DNA of 64,000 nt. It comes from the human T2T-CHM13v2.0 reference genome, Homo sapiens. Positions 25,800-39,629 of this stretch are shown here, piece after piece (the stretch's first letter is position 1; each line of letters starts with the position of its first letter). The translations under genes and the position numbers were made by a program. A model generated the notes under the pieces. The model saw only the letters and a program-made list of their open reading frames with translations. It was not told the origin of the DNA and ran no database searches. The DNA is taken from NCBI RefSeq assembly GCF_009914755.1, contig NC_060945.1; one strand, given 5' to 3'.

Positions 25800-27190
25800 T
25801 ACATTATCTTAAGAAACAAAATGGACAGATATAAAGGCAATATAACAGATGAAAATTTAAGTGACCTGAATAAATAAATGATTAGTTATTGCCTGTTCTA
25901 AAAAAATGATAACTCAGTGTCATAAAATTGTAAGTTCCCTTTATTTTATAAATCAAGGCAATAAAAATAAACCATGACGTTTTGAGGAAGGTAGCAGTTA
26001 ACAAGATGATTCTAAAATTTATCTGGTAAAATAGGAGAGTGAGAAATAAATGCAAATATCTATGAGAATTTGGGGGAAGGGAGATTGACAAGGGGTATAG
26101 TTTTACTAGACAATAAAACATAGAATATAGTAATTGAAACATTTATAGTACTAACTGAAGAAAAGATGAGTCAATAAAAATAATAAAAATATCTGAAATA
26201 AATACAAACACGAGATAATTTATTATAAGAGATATGAAATGGATACCAGTAGAAGTTAGTTTTACCATTATGTATGATGTTGGGAAAAGTTATTAGATAT
26301 GTGGAAATAATAATAATAGTGATGACAGTTTTATCACTACTTTTATCATAGTGCTAGATTATACTCACGTTTTACTCAAATTTAGGCATACAAAGGTGTG
26401 GTCTGAGAGGGCATTTCTAATATGCCACAAAATTAGAAATATACATTATTTACGTACATTTGTCTGCATTATAATTAAATATTTCTTTGGTTATAAAAAA
26501 GAAAGTAAACAGTTTAAAAGTGTATCACATCTGACAGATAGAGGCTAACTTAATAAAAAGATTTATAATAGTTAGCAATCAACATAATAACATAATAAAA
26601 AGATTTCTACCTAACGAAAGACAAACACATTAACTTATAATTATTCTTTTTTTGTTTGTTTGTTTTTTGTTTGAGAAGGGGTCTTGCTCTGTCACCCAGG
26701 CTGGAGTGCAGTAGCGCAATCTCACCTCACTGCAACATTTGCCTGCTCGGCCCAAGCAATCCTCTCACCTCAGCCTCCTGAGTAGGTGGAAGCACAGCTG
26801 AGTGCCATCACACCTGGCTATTGTTGTTTTTTTTTGTATTTTTGTTAGAGGTGAGGTTTCATCATGTTGCCCAGGCTTGTCTCAAACTCCTGAACTCAAG
26901 CAATCAACTTGCCTTGGCCTCCCAAATTTCTGGGATTACAGGCATGAGCCACCATGCCCAGCCATGAACTAATATTTCATACAAAAGAAATATAAATATC
27001 CAACACATGTATGAAAGCTATTTCTTAATTAAGAACTGCAAATTGAAACCCTAAGAGATCCCAGCATTCATGTATCAGATTATTGTATTAAAATTTTTAT
27101 CAATACCAAATATAGACAAAAGTACATAGAAGGAAATATCTTGTGTATGCTGAAGGTAGTATAAATTTGGTTGTGGATTCCTGGTAGTCC
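25800..27190 (+). mobile_element. Highly decayed L1M ORF2 remnants (interrupted by AluJ)
   Basis: A-rich, gattctaaaatttatctgg, gcaaattgaaacc, gtataaatttgg motifs. Confidence 0.45.
26647..26963 (-). mobile_element. AluJb-like
   Basis: (tttg)n tail, dimeric Alu ending atgcccagcc. Confidence 0.93.
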
Positions 27191-29416
27191 AGAGATGATG
27201 TGAGAGAACAACCTGAATGATAAAAATTTCCACACAGAATGGCGGCAGACCAGTTAGTCCAAGTGGTCTCAGAACAATACCCTTGAGAGAGGACATCTCG
27301 GTGCTACCCTTGGTTGTTGGAGCCCCAGTGAAGTAAGGAAAGTGTCCCTGCTGGGGAGAGAGGCCAGGCTTGGGAGGTGGGGGTGACTCACCCAAGGTTC
27401 CAAAGCCCAAGCCAGGACATGTGAGTTATTTCTTTAAACCACATATCTTGGGAAGGCCCAGGCATCAGTCTTTATGTTTAAAGTCTTTGCCGAAATCCAA
27501 GATTTACATATCAAGATATCCCAAGAATTCTAGTCTCTTGGATTGTGGAGTCCATTATAGAAATCCAACCAGGAAACAAAACCTTAGCTTCAAATTCTTA
27601 ATAATACTCATTTTTCATAGTGGCTCTCTTAGAGCCAGGTTCTCCTCCACTGAACCAGAAAGGAGGAAAAGCACTTTCCTCTGTTTTATGGCTCTGAAGA
27701 GCCACAGCAGTTTTACCTAGGAGGAAAAGGACCCCAGATTCCTAGGTTTTTTGCATGTATCCTACTTTCCATTCACTTTATTTATGTTGGAAAGCAGTGG
27801 TTGATCCAGCACTTGGTAATAGGAACATTTTTTCCCTCTTTTAGTAAACTCATGGTTAATACCTGTCCAAATTATTTTTGCCTCTCTTTCGAAGGTGGGG
27901 GACTCAACAACTATTTTCTTTTCTAGCTTTGGCTTCTGATTAATAATTCTGTCAACTATCCCAAATCCAGAGTAACAGGAAAAGCTTAATCAACATCCCA
28001 TTATATACTAATCTATTGAAGTCTGAAAGAAATAACATAAAATAAGAAAGTTACTATGAGAAGGATTAGATTGTTAATTTCAATATATAGTCCACTATGT
28101 TTTTACCACCATAACCCTTTTTAGTGAGTGCATATTTCATTTATAATTTCAGAAATAGGGAGGAGGAGCAGGGAAAGAAAAAAAAAAGTCTCATTGAATA
28201 AGTATTTTTCTTTCCTTAAAGTAATCTTTGCCTTTACCACAAATCTTTCTCCTTTGAGATTATTTATTTCTAACATTCCTGGAGTGTTAGAAGTATTAGC
28301 AGTGAAAACATTATCCATTAATACTTTAGGGGTAAAAAAAGACAGTGTTTGAGCAAAATGCAGAATACATAGTAAACATGGGGATTTTTGCTGTAGGGAA
28401 CTGTAGTCAAATTTGCTTGTCCCCAGTGGGCCAGTTTGCCAACTTGTGTGTGCTTGAGAGCTAACATTTCCTGTCCTTACCTCTCTGTGCTCCTTAATGC
28501 CTGCCTTGCTTGCTCCTGCATTTGATATCAGCATGCCACTAGATTACTGTCAAACGTTTTCTAGCCAGACATTAGTTTGATGACCTCTCTGCTTTTTTCA
28601 CACTTTGTGTGATTGAACCCAGCTAAAACATGAAATCAACTAACTCTCAGGACAGTACTTTTAACTCATGACTGAAGCCACTCTGCCTATAAAAAAATCT
28701 GTTCCCACCAGGAACAAACATTTTCTTCACCAACTACATTTCCCAGTGATTGTTTGCAATGGTATAAGAACAAAATACAGTTGTATGAGTGGCAGAATTA
28801 TTGCCTTCTTTCATTTCCATTTTGACACTGACAAGAGTATCTGTGATGTACCCTAAATCATAAAGCTCTGCTATACATACATTCATATAAAATGAAACAG
28901 ATTGGGTATTATCAAGACATTGATAAAATGTATATTAAAATTGAAAGCATGTGCTGTTTTGCTACTGGAACACTGAAAAACAAACATTGGACCTGTGTGA
29001 GTTTATAAAAAATAAGCAAAAATTGCACAGAGTTCAATTATTTTTAAAAATAAGAATACTGAAAGATAAGGTTTCCTCAAAGATTAGTGTTATTTACATG
29101 TATCCAATATTTGGAATGCACAGTGTAATACATTTGGCATGGCTATAGTTAGAAACGTGGAGAAAATATTTGCTGTCCATAAACTCTCATTTGGTTAAAT
29201 GGAGAAATACAATATCCTTCTTTATTTGTTGTCCGTGGGTAATTCTTCAGTGCATACAGTTACATAAAAATCCTAAGTTTTTAAAATTGGTTTTGTCTGA
29301 AATTATACATAGGCAATCCTCACTTTGCATGGTTCTGATATTTACAAAATTTACTTACTACTGTTAGTTCATTAAAATCAGTCCCCACAAAACATGGTTG
29401 AAATTTGTCATCAAGG

Positions 29417-31646
29417 TGTATTAATCCATTTTTATACTGCTATAAAAAAACTGCCTGAAACTTGGAAATTTATAAAGAAAAAAGCTTTAATTGACTCATA
29501 GTTCTGCATGGCTAGGGAAGCCTCAGGAAACTTACAATCATGGTGGAAGTCACCTCTTCACAAGGCAGCAAGAGTGAGAATGAGTGCCAAGCGAAGGGGG
29601 AAGCCCCTTATAAAACCATCAGATTTTCTGAGAATTCACTCACTATCATGAGAACAGTATGTGGGAAATGACCCCCTTGATTCAATTATCTCTACCTGGC
29701 CTTGCCCTTGACACACAGGTATTATTACAACTCAGGATGAAATTTGGGTGGACACACAGCCAATCACATCATTCCACCCCTGGCTCCTCCCAAATCTCAT
29801 GTCCTCACATTTCAAAACACAATTATGCCTTCCCGACAGTCCCCTAAAGTCTTAACTCATTCCAGCCTTAAACCAAAAGCCCAAGTCCAAAGTTTCATCT
29901 GAGACAAGGCAAGTCCCTTCTGCCTATGAGCCTGTAAAATCAGAAGAAAGTTAGTTTCTTCCTAGATACAATAGCTATACAGGCATTAGGTAAATATAGA
30001 CTTCCAAATGAGATAAATTGGCCAAAACAAAGGGGCTACAGGCCCCATCCAAGTCCGAAATCCAATAGGGCAGTCATTAAACCTTAAATTTATAAAATGA
30101 TCTCCTTTGACGCCATATCTCACATCCAGGAAACACTTATGCAAGAGGTAGGCTCCCACAACCTTGGGCAGCTCTGCCTTTGTGGCTTTGCAGGGTACAG
30201 CTCCCTTCCCAGCTGCTTTCATGGCTGGCATTGAGTGTTTGCAGCTCTTCCAGGGCACAGTGCAAGCTATCTGTGGATCTACCATTCTGGGGTCTGGAAA
30301 AAGGTTGCCCTCTTCTCATAGCTCCTCTAGCCAATGCTCCAGTAGGGACTCTGTGAGGGAGCTGTCACCCCACATTTCCCTTCCACACTGCCTTAGCAGA
30401 GGATCTCCATGAGGGTTCCACCCCTGCAGCACACCCCTGCCTGGACATCCAGGTGTTTACCATACATCCTCTGAAATCTAGGCAGAGGTTCCCAAACCTC
30501 AATTCTCGTCTTCTACACACACCAGACCAACAACACATGGAAGTTGCCAAGGCTTGGGGCTTGCACCCTCTGAAGCCACAGCCTGAGCTGTAGGTTGGCC
30601 CCTTTTAGCCATGGCTGGAATGGCTGGGATGCAGGACACCAAGTCCCAAGGCTGCACACAGTAATGGGGCCCTGGGGCTGGCCCAGAAAACCGATTTTCT
30701 CTTCTACATCTCAGGGTCTGGGATGGAGGTCTCTGATATGCCCTGGAGACTTTTTCCCCATTGTCTTAGTGATTAGCATTTGGCTCCTTGTTACTTCTGC
30801 CAATTTCTCCAGCCAGCTTGAATTTCTTCCCACAAAACGGGTTTTTCTTTTCTACTGCATTGTCAGCCTGCAAATTTTTCAAACTTTTATTCTCTGTCAC
30901 CTCTTGAATGCTTTTCTGCTTAGAAATTTCTTCCACCAGATACCCTAAATCATCTTTCCCAAATTCAAAGTTCCACAGATCTCTAGGAGAGGGGCAAAAT
31001 ACCACCAGTCTCTTTGCATAGCAAGAGTGACCTTTACTCCAGTTCCCAACAAGTTCCTCATCTCCCTCTGAGACCAACTCATCCTGGATTTCATTGTCCA
31101 TATCACTAACAGCATTTTGGTCAAAGCCATTCAACAAGTCTCTAGGAAGTTCCAAACTTTTCCACATTTTCCTGTCTTCTTCTGAGCCCTCAAAACTGTT
31201 CCAACCTCTGCCTGTTAACCCAGCTCTAAAGTTGCTTCCATATTTTTGGGTATCTTTATAGAAGCACCCCACTCTCTGTGGTACCAATTTACGGTATTAG
31301 TTCATTTTCATATTGCTATAAAGAACTGCCTGAGTATAGGTAATTTATAAAGAAAAGAGGTTTAATTGACTCACAGTTCTGCATGGCTGGGGGGCCTCAG
31401 GAAACTTACAATCATGGCAGAAGGAACCTCTTTACAGGGCGTCAGGAGAGAGAATGAGTGCCGAAGGAAGGGGCAATTCTCTTATAAAACCATCAGATCT
31501 CGTGAGAACTCACTCACTATCATGAGAGCAATATACGGGAAAGGACTCGGGTGATTCAATTATCTTCACGTGGTCCCACCCTTGACAGCTGGGGGTTGTT
31601 ACAATTCCAGATGAGATTTGGGTGGAGACACAGCCAAACCATATCA
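29417..31646 (-). mobile_element. Full-length THE1 (THE1C/D-like) MaLR provirus: 3' LTR 29417-29771, internal 29772-31292, 5' LTR 31293-31646
   Basis: Two ~355-bp LTRs, purine-rich tract next to the 3' LTR, 5-bp TSD CAAGG (29412-29416, 31647-31651). Confidence 0.95.
30766..31287 (-). pseudogene. THE1-int ORF remnant (MaLR gag-derived)
   Basis: GRGWNSFEGSEEDRKMWKSLELPRDLLNGFDQNA...LVGNWSKGHSCY...RDLWNFE typical of the THE1/MST internal ORF. Confidence 0.8.
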
Positions 31647-32121
31647 CAAGGTGTATTAACTGTAGTTAATTGTATAAAGTAAAAACTTCACTGCTAGCGC
31701 TTCTGTCCACAAGTCACTCCATAAATAACCTATTCCTCATGATCACTGATGATCAGACACTTCATAGTCTGATGGTGACAGGCCACTGAGGATCTTTTAT
31801 TCAGTTCATTCAAACAGCAAGCATGTAGTTGTGTTGCCTTTATGTCTCCCACTGATACATCCAAGTGACATTTCACAAAAATGCATAATTGGAAGAGGGA
31901 AATGGCCAAAGATAAGAGTTCTGCAAAGTAAAATAAAAATGATAACCCTGGAAGTGAAATTCTCATATAACATAGATAGAAGCACAGAAGAAATATGCCC
32001 ACAGCAGTGTTGGCACTGGTTGTTTGAAAGACTCTAGATAGATAGAAGAACATAGAGAAGATGTACAGCAAATTTTCCTTTGCCTACTCCTCCTTCCCAA
32101 TTCCCAAAATGAAAAAAGTAA

Positions 32122-32449
<328 letters not shown>

Positions 32450-33752
32450 TAGGAAAGTAATTGTTAAAAAAAAAAAAAAAAAAAGATGATGTTTCAATGG
32501 AAATGATGCTAGTCAAAATTTCACATTAAAGGAATTCTCAAAGATATTTTATGACAACAAAATATTGGAAGTTGATCTAACCTTAGAAAGTGGTATGACA
32601 ATTTGCCACAGCATAGAAAATATGCTCCCTCTACATTGTAAGTTATACAGTGAGCAGAGGGCAAAATTTTTCAACTACTCTTTTATAGCTGGTGTTAAAT
32701 GTATTCATGTATATTTAGCCAAGAAATAAAGCCTTAATTCTCCATGTTTTTGACGAGTTTAATCTGTCCAAGACAATAGATTAATATTTGGAATCTTTTC
32801 ACCAAAAGCTATTCAACAGAAGCAAATTTGATCTTGTGTTACTTCCTTGATGGACAGGCAAAGTATGAAATTAAGTATTAAGTAAAAACAGTAAAAATCA
32901 GACACTAAATCAAGTTGAATATAATGACATGAAACTAAATATGGATGTGCAAATAACCTATGGATTTACTTGCAATCTTCCAAAATGATTGCCTTATAAA
33001 TATCAAATTTTATAACTTCGTTTCAACTCTCTGGGGAAATTCTGTTTAATCAGGCAAGTCCATCTCATGTTTTCTTGTTAAAGAAATTTTTTTTCAAAAT
33101 TTTGTGCATATGGCCACTTTTATTTGAAAGTATATAGACAAAGTTAGAGGCCATTCCAAACAGTATTTGTTTTCATTACACAGTTAAAAAAATTTCTTTA
33201 TTTAATAAATAACTTACGAAGTTTAAATAGAGAAGACATCTTGTAAGTTTGCTGGAATGCTTTACCTGATGAACTTTATCAAATGACGAGCATCTACCAT
33301 TGAAAATCACTTAGTTATCTTTTTCAAATATGCTTTCTATTATTCTTCATTAGAACTGAATTGACAAAAACATAAGAGTAATTAATGATAGGTCTCTTAA
33401 GGCTCACAGTTTTCGATGGATTATTTTATGTAGCACCTACTCATAAAGGCATGCAATAACTATTGATTGAATAAATAAATGTTTTTTACTACACTGCAAA
33501 AATTATTGATTAACAGGAAAAAAATGATGATGAGCCCTACTGGATAAAGTATGAAAGCAAAAGCACCCTATCTCAGATGTGGCTTCTACAACAAACCGAG
33601 AAAATAATTTTGGTTTTCTATTATGCCACTTTCAATTCCTGGAAACCACAAAAAAAAAATACAGTATCTTTCTTCTCATTGCACTACTGCAAGTGAAACA
33701 GTACACTTACTAAAGCAACATTTGCCTCTATAACAGACAAGAAGATAGAGTC

Positions 33753-34441
33753 TATGGAAGGAAAATAAATCCCAGAGCCCCAAACTCACTAAGCCAAAAG
33801 GAAAAGTCAAGCTGGGAATTGCATCATGAAAACCTGCCTTCTGTTTTGCTCCTATATAAGATAGCTACAAAGATAAGAAAGCTATACACCTCCATCACAA
33901 TTTGCCCACCAGGAAATTCCTTGTGGGCCCCAAGTTCTTTACCCTAAAACAGTTCTGTTGAATTTTATTCTGATAGTGTAAATTGATAGCTCATCTTCAC
34001 AGGTGTGGGACAAAGGTCAGAACAAAAAGTCATCCCTCTGCTCACCTCAACCAAACGCATATTATATTGAAGTATCTGCCTTATGTTTATCTTATGTAAA
34101 AATGCAGATTCACTGAGTGCAAGACAAATGCGTAAGTGACTATTCCTCTATCTCCCCTCACATGTAAAATGTGTATTCAGTGAATGCTGATCAAAGACTC
34201 AAAAGAATGCAACCGCTTGCTTCTTATCTACCCACATTTTTTTTTCTTTCTTCCTTTTTCCCCCAGTACAAACTGTTTTCCCTTTAAATATTGAGGTCCT
34301 CAGCCCTTCTTCCAAAAAAGCACAGAACACAGATTTCTCCTGTGGTTCTGTGTTCTTTTTCTGCGTACATCCTTAACCTTGGCAGACTAACCCCTTGAAA
34401 TGATTGAGAGTTGCCTGGGTCATTTTCTATGATTAATAATA
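33753..34441 (+). mobile_element. MER4-family solo LTR (ERV1)
   Basis: aaggaaaat...cactaagcc...aaaagtcaagctgggaa...aaagtcatccctctgctcac; TSD AGTC (33749-33752, 34442-34445). Confidence 0.85.
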
Positions 34442-35744
34442 AGTCTTTCAAGCTTAGTGAAGTACATGAATAATAAGTAAAAAGAGTAAATTTAGAAAGG
34501 TAGTTTGTAAGGTCAAATGACTACAGAGACTAAAACCTAATCAGTGAGAAATATTTTGTTTCTTAAATCCTTAGCAAATTAACTCCCATTGTTCATAGTA
34601 TGTACTCTGTATAGTGTCAGTCAGGGATACGTAAACCATATAATCATATCTAAGAAGAAAATATTTTGACTTAGATTTGCTTATGTAAACTTCCAGCAAT
34701 AATTTGGATCTTTGACAAATATTGTAATGTTAGTGATGATTAGGTATAAAGGTCATTAGGTGCCCATAAACAATGATGTAAAATAGATGCAAAAATGTTA
34801 AAATTACCAATTGAATTTTCCTACATTAACCTAAGCTGCATTTTTGTTTCTATCCCCTTTGAGATTCTTAATACGAGAAGTGAAGGAGGGGAAGCATTTA
34901 GTTTTGTTGTGTTTGGTAGAACACTAGCACCCTGCATTGTAATGAAATGTCAGTCCTAGAGCTATTTCCACCAGAGAAGTGGCTTCATACTCATTTATAA
35001 TGGCAGCAGGGAACCTGACTGTGGCCATTGAGACAGAATATAACAACAAGATATGCCATCCTGAAAAAACAAGTGTTCCCTACAGAATTTTTAAATAAAA
35101 CATACATTTAATTTCCTTCAGAAAGGGCATTATTTTTATAAACACAGTATCCTACTCTAAAACAATGCAGTCATTCATAAAAAGCCAAAATGTAGGATTC
35201 ACGACATGCTGCCTTATTGGGTTATCCTTGAAAATGTGCAATAGGATACTTGTTAGATATTGCTTCTAGTTAGAGTTTAAATAAATAAACTTTGATATCA
35301 CTTCTGAAATTTCATAGCACATTTATTTTCATAATTTTGTAGATTCTAACTTCACATTCAATGGAACGAAACTGTTTTTGAATAAAACATCTTTGAATTT
35401 TCTAATTCATGTTGGTTTTGGTCTCTTTGTTTCATTCTCAAAACAACAAATACAAAAAGATAACTGTGGTCTTTGTCAATGTTGTAAGCCTTAAGAGAGT
35501 TCACAAACCTCTTGTGGAAGAAGTCACTGATGACAAAGAAAACTCACTGAAAAATAAAACAGAAAAGCTGAAAGGATGGATTACCAAAATTTTGTTTCAA
35601 AGGATAGAAATTCCCCTTGCTGCCAGCACAATTCCTTGAACTGTTTGGGAATGATCATTGAAAGTATTTTGCATGAAAAAAATGTTCGTTTGTTTGTTTG
35701 TTTGTTTTCAGCAATTGTAGACCCTTTCCACAAAGTGATTTTTT

Positions 35745-36041
35745 ATTTTTTTATTTTTGAGATGGAGTTTCATTCTTGTCACCCAGGCTGGAGTGCAATG
35801 GTACGATCTCAGCTTACTGAAATCTCTGCCTCCCAGGTTCAAGTGATTCTCCTGCCTCAGTCTCCTGAGTAGCTGGGATTACAGGTGCCTGCCACCACGC
35901 CTGACTAATTTTTGTACTTTTAGTAGATACGTGGTTTCACCATGTTGGACAGGCTGGTCTCGAACTCCTGACCTCAAGTGATCTGCCCACCTCGGCCTCC
36001 CAAAGTGCTGGGGTTACAGGTGTGGGCCACTGTGCCTAGCC
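35745..36041 (-). mobile_element. AluS (Sq/Sx-like)
   Basis: Dimeric Alu; TSD cacaaagtgattttt. Confidence 0.95.
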
Positions 36042-36267
36042 CACAAAGTGATTTTTAATTATAGAAGGAAAAAGAGGTTTAGGGTTATTTTTAATATAAA
36101 GAAGAATAAGATAAACAGCAGATTCTATGGCCTGTTTGGCATATCTAGTATTTGTGCAGGTCATCTGTATAGATCAGTTTCCAATGACCTTAAGTCCATC
36201 GTACTTTTGCAGTTTGCTATTTAATACAAGGAATGTTCAAATAATTTTGCAAAGAATGGAAGAGTTT

Positions 36268-36733
36268 TATTTATTTACTTATTTATTTATTTATTTTTAT
36301 TATACTTTAAGTTTTAGGGTACATGTGTACAACGTGCAGGTTTGTTACATATGTATACATGTGCCATGTTGGTGTGCTGCACCCATTAACTCGTCATTTA
36401 ACATTAGATATATCTCCTAAGGCTATCCCTGCCCCCTCCCCCCACCCCGCAACAAGCCCCGGTGTGTGATGTTCCCCTTCCTGTGTCCATGTGTTCTCAC
36501 TGTTCAATTCCCACCTATGAGTGAGAACATGCCGTGTTTGGTTTTTTGTCCTTGCGATAGTTTGCTGAGAATGATGGTTTTCAGCTTCATCCATGTCCCT
36601 ATAAAGGATATGAACTCATCCTTTTTTATGGCTGCATAGTATTCCATGGTGTATATGTGCCACATTTTCTTAATCCAGTCTATCATTGTTGGACATTTGG
36701 GTTGGTTCCAAGTCTTTGCTATTGTGAATAGTG
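36268..36733 (-). mobile_element. 5'-truncated L1PA (PA4-like)
   Basis: ORF 36504-36686 = L1 ORF2 end; (ttta)n tail; TSD ggaagagttt. Confidence 0.96.
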
Positions 36734-37503
36734 GGAAGAGTTTATTTTCTCCAAAGGATCAGTTCTGCTGGAGAATGGTGTATTGAGACTAGAAGACAAC
36801 CATGTACTTCATCAATACGTAGAAATCAAGAGTGTTCTTACTGTACATAATGAAAGATTTACATAAATGTTAATATTAGTAAACAGTAGATGAGGAAAGT
36901 GTTTTCAGTTTATAGTGTGCTTTTAAATATACTGTTAAGCTTTAGTTCACATTCTAGAATTGTTTATTTTTTTCTTTTCCTATGTATTGTGATCTTGTAT
37001 AACTCTGTAGTGTCTCTCTCCTCATTCATTTTTGGTTATTCTATGCTTGAGAAAAAGTTATTTATGATATATTTCAAAATTGTGTCATCATTTTCACTTA
37101 ACTTTAGCATCAAAGTTGTTCTTGTATCTTTACAAAAATGGGGTTATTTGTTTACATTTACTTGAATATTGTGAAAATCTACAAGTTTGAGTTATTTTGA
37201 AGAAAGTCAGTAACAAAAGAAAATAAAATTCTCCCATTTTTACAAGAAATTATGAAGTCCTGAAAAGGCCACATTGTAGTTACCACCTTTTTTATTATAG
37301 AACACTAAAGACATTTTATTCTACTTTTTCTCAAAAGAAAGGAGATAAATAATTATTTTATAAAATTACTCATACATCCAGGAAGCTTTTGAAGTGAGGT
37401 CCTTTTTACCAACTTGGCTAAAGTGAGTAAGTGTGAACAGTTATTCTGTTACATTTAGGCAGTTAATTATATTTGAAAAACACATAAAGAATTGAAAATA
37501 GAA

Positions 37504-37633
37504 CACATGCACTGAGATGGTTGTACCTCCAACAGTTGAAGAGATGTTCTGTTTTCCTTCACATGCTGTGAGATGTTGGGAGTACAACCACCTCAGAGCA
37601 TGTGAAAAAAATCAGAACATCTCTTAAGCTGTT
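37504..37633. repeat. Compound inverted repeat (two overlapping stems, 31 bp and 42 bp)
   Basis: 37504-37534 vs 37574-37604: 27/31 complementary; 37531-37572 vs 37592-37633: 36/42 complementary (counted by hand). Confidence 0.92.
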
Positions 37634-37976
37634 TAAATATTATAATAATGGCCTTTTCTATTGACAGATAAACCTACAGATTTATATTACATGATTGCTT
37701 TGTTCATAGCTATAACTACAAATGCATCACGAAGAATTTCCAAGGAATCTCCCTAACTTTATGAAAGAATGACTTTAGATAATGAAATTGTCCTACATGT
37801 ATCTTTTAAATATAAAATGTAAAACAACTCTTTTTGAAAAGTAGTTATATCATCTGTTAAGATGTTTTAGAATGTAAAACATAGTACACATAAACACATT
37901 CTAAATGATTATTCACGTGGTAGAGTTCCTATTAGAAAACATAGAGCATAATTATTATACACACATACATACATAC

Positions 37977-38438
37977 AGTTAAACAAAATTATGGGAAGTC
38001 ATTGTTCTGGACTAAGCTCCCGCCCTAGGGTTCAACATACCAGACCAAACCAAAATGAAATTACTTACGCTAAATGCCACATAATCAAACTGAAACTTTA
38101 AGAAAGCAAATAGATCCCCAAACAAAGCAGGTTTTCCCGAATACAGGAGATTCCAATCTACCTGAGTCAGGTTTACGGAATTTCCCTCTGCTTTAATCCT
38201 CATAAAAAAGAAACCTGATATAACCTGATGTTAACCAGTTAGGTGGTTTTTGTTGTTGTTGTTTGTTTTTTCCTTATTGTTCTGTTTCACTGTCCCCACC
38301 AAAAATATACCTACTCTTCTGCCATTGCACAGAGGGAAGGCTCATACTATTTTGTATAATGGAGGCTGTCCTGATTCAAGAATCAAGAATAAAAGCCAAT
38401 TTGATCTAAAACTACATTTGTAGTTTTGTGTTTTGACG
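37977..38438 (+). mobile_element. ERV1 solo LTR (LTR24-like)
   Basis: cattgttctggactaagctcc...ccagaccaaaccaaaatg...aatcaaactgaaacttt...aataaaagccaat...ttttgac. Confidence 0.65.
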
Positions 38439-39629
38439 GTAATACATACATATATAAACACACACACTCACACATACATATACACAAGGCTATTTATGTT
38501 TTAAGAAAAAATGAATGATAATATGGCAAATAATTTCATTATAGAAAATATTTAACTTACTCATATCATTTATTTATTCTTTTATAAAGCAAATGTAAAT
38601 CTGGAGGATAGTATATGTCATACCAAGCAAGCTATTAGAAACTGTGTTCACATGTCAATGATTACACATCTGCCTTTGTAAGGACTTTTTCATGTACTGC
38701 ATTGGAATGTAATTCAAACCACTAACATTCTTTTATCTCATGTTGGGAGGATTACAAATACAACTTTTGGATATTATATTTTTATCCCTCCATAAATGTT
38801 ATATCATATTTGTGTGTATGTCTAAATCTTATTCAAAGGGGTTCTACTTTTAGCATAAAGGTTCTATAAGGTGCAATTGCAACATATGGTAATTTGATGT
38901 GTATAATTTGAAGTGTTGCCCTGCATCACATGGATGTGTATGATTTACTTGAGTACTAAAGACAGTTGTAAATGAAATGGTAATGTGTCCATTTTAAAGT
39001 ACATATTTTTTTCATTGCTTCTTCCACTGTGTGTGTTTTGAAATTATATCAGAAATAACATAAACCATTTTTTAAATATCCAATGGCATTTTAAAACTGA
39101 AAAAGTTGTCTACAGTTACTTAAGACTTTTTTGGTTTTTGCTTAATAGCTCCACACTAAAATTTAATCATATAATTCTCTATAATTATGTGTAAATTTCT
39201 AAACACTGTGTGGGTTTTTCTATAAGAGTATATTAAAATTCTTACTCTGAATGCAACCTAAGCATTGTGTGTCATGAATTTCTAGTGCTATAGCATTTGC
39301 ATTTGAGCAATGAAAATAATCAACTTAATTTGCTCTCCTAGAGAGCATGGAAGTGGGTTTGATTAGTCTATTGAAAGTTTGTGTTTTCCCCCTTGAATTG
39401 GATGCAGGGGGTAGAATTGCCAGCATGATGCAAGCCAGTAGGGATCCAGGGTGTCAAGGCAATGCTAAAGTTGACTATATTAAAGACAAAGGAGAAGGTC
39501 GACTAGAAGCAGACAAGTTGTTTATGCTGGAGCTGTCTCTGTGTTTTTTGGAAATAATTTATCCATGCAATTGTATTATCATGATTTTTATATATATATA
39601 TATATATTTACCTCATTGTTTTTAATGGA

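Noticed and set aside
35409-35639. ORF with a protein-like charged stretch (PLVEEVTDDKE...)
   Set aside because: No convincing splice sites or recognisable homology; A-rich composition explains the Lys/Glu content.
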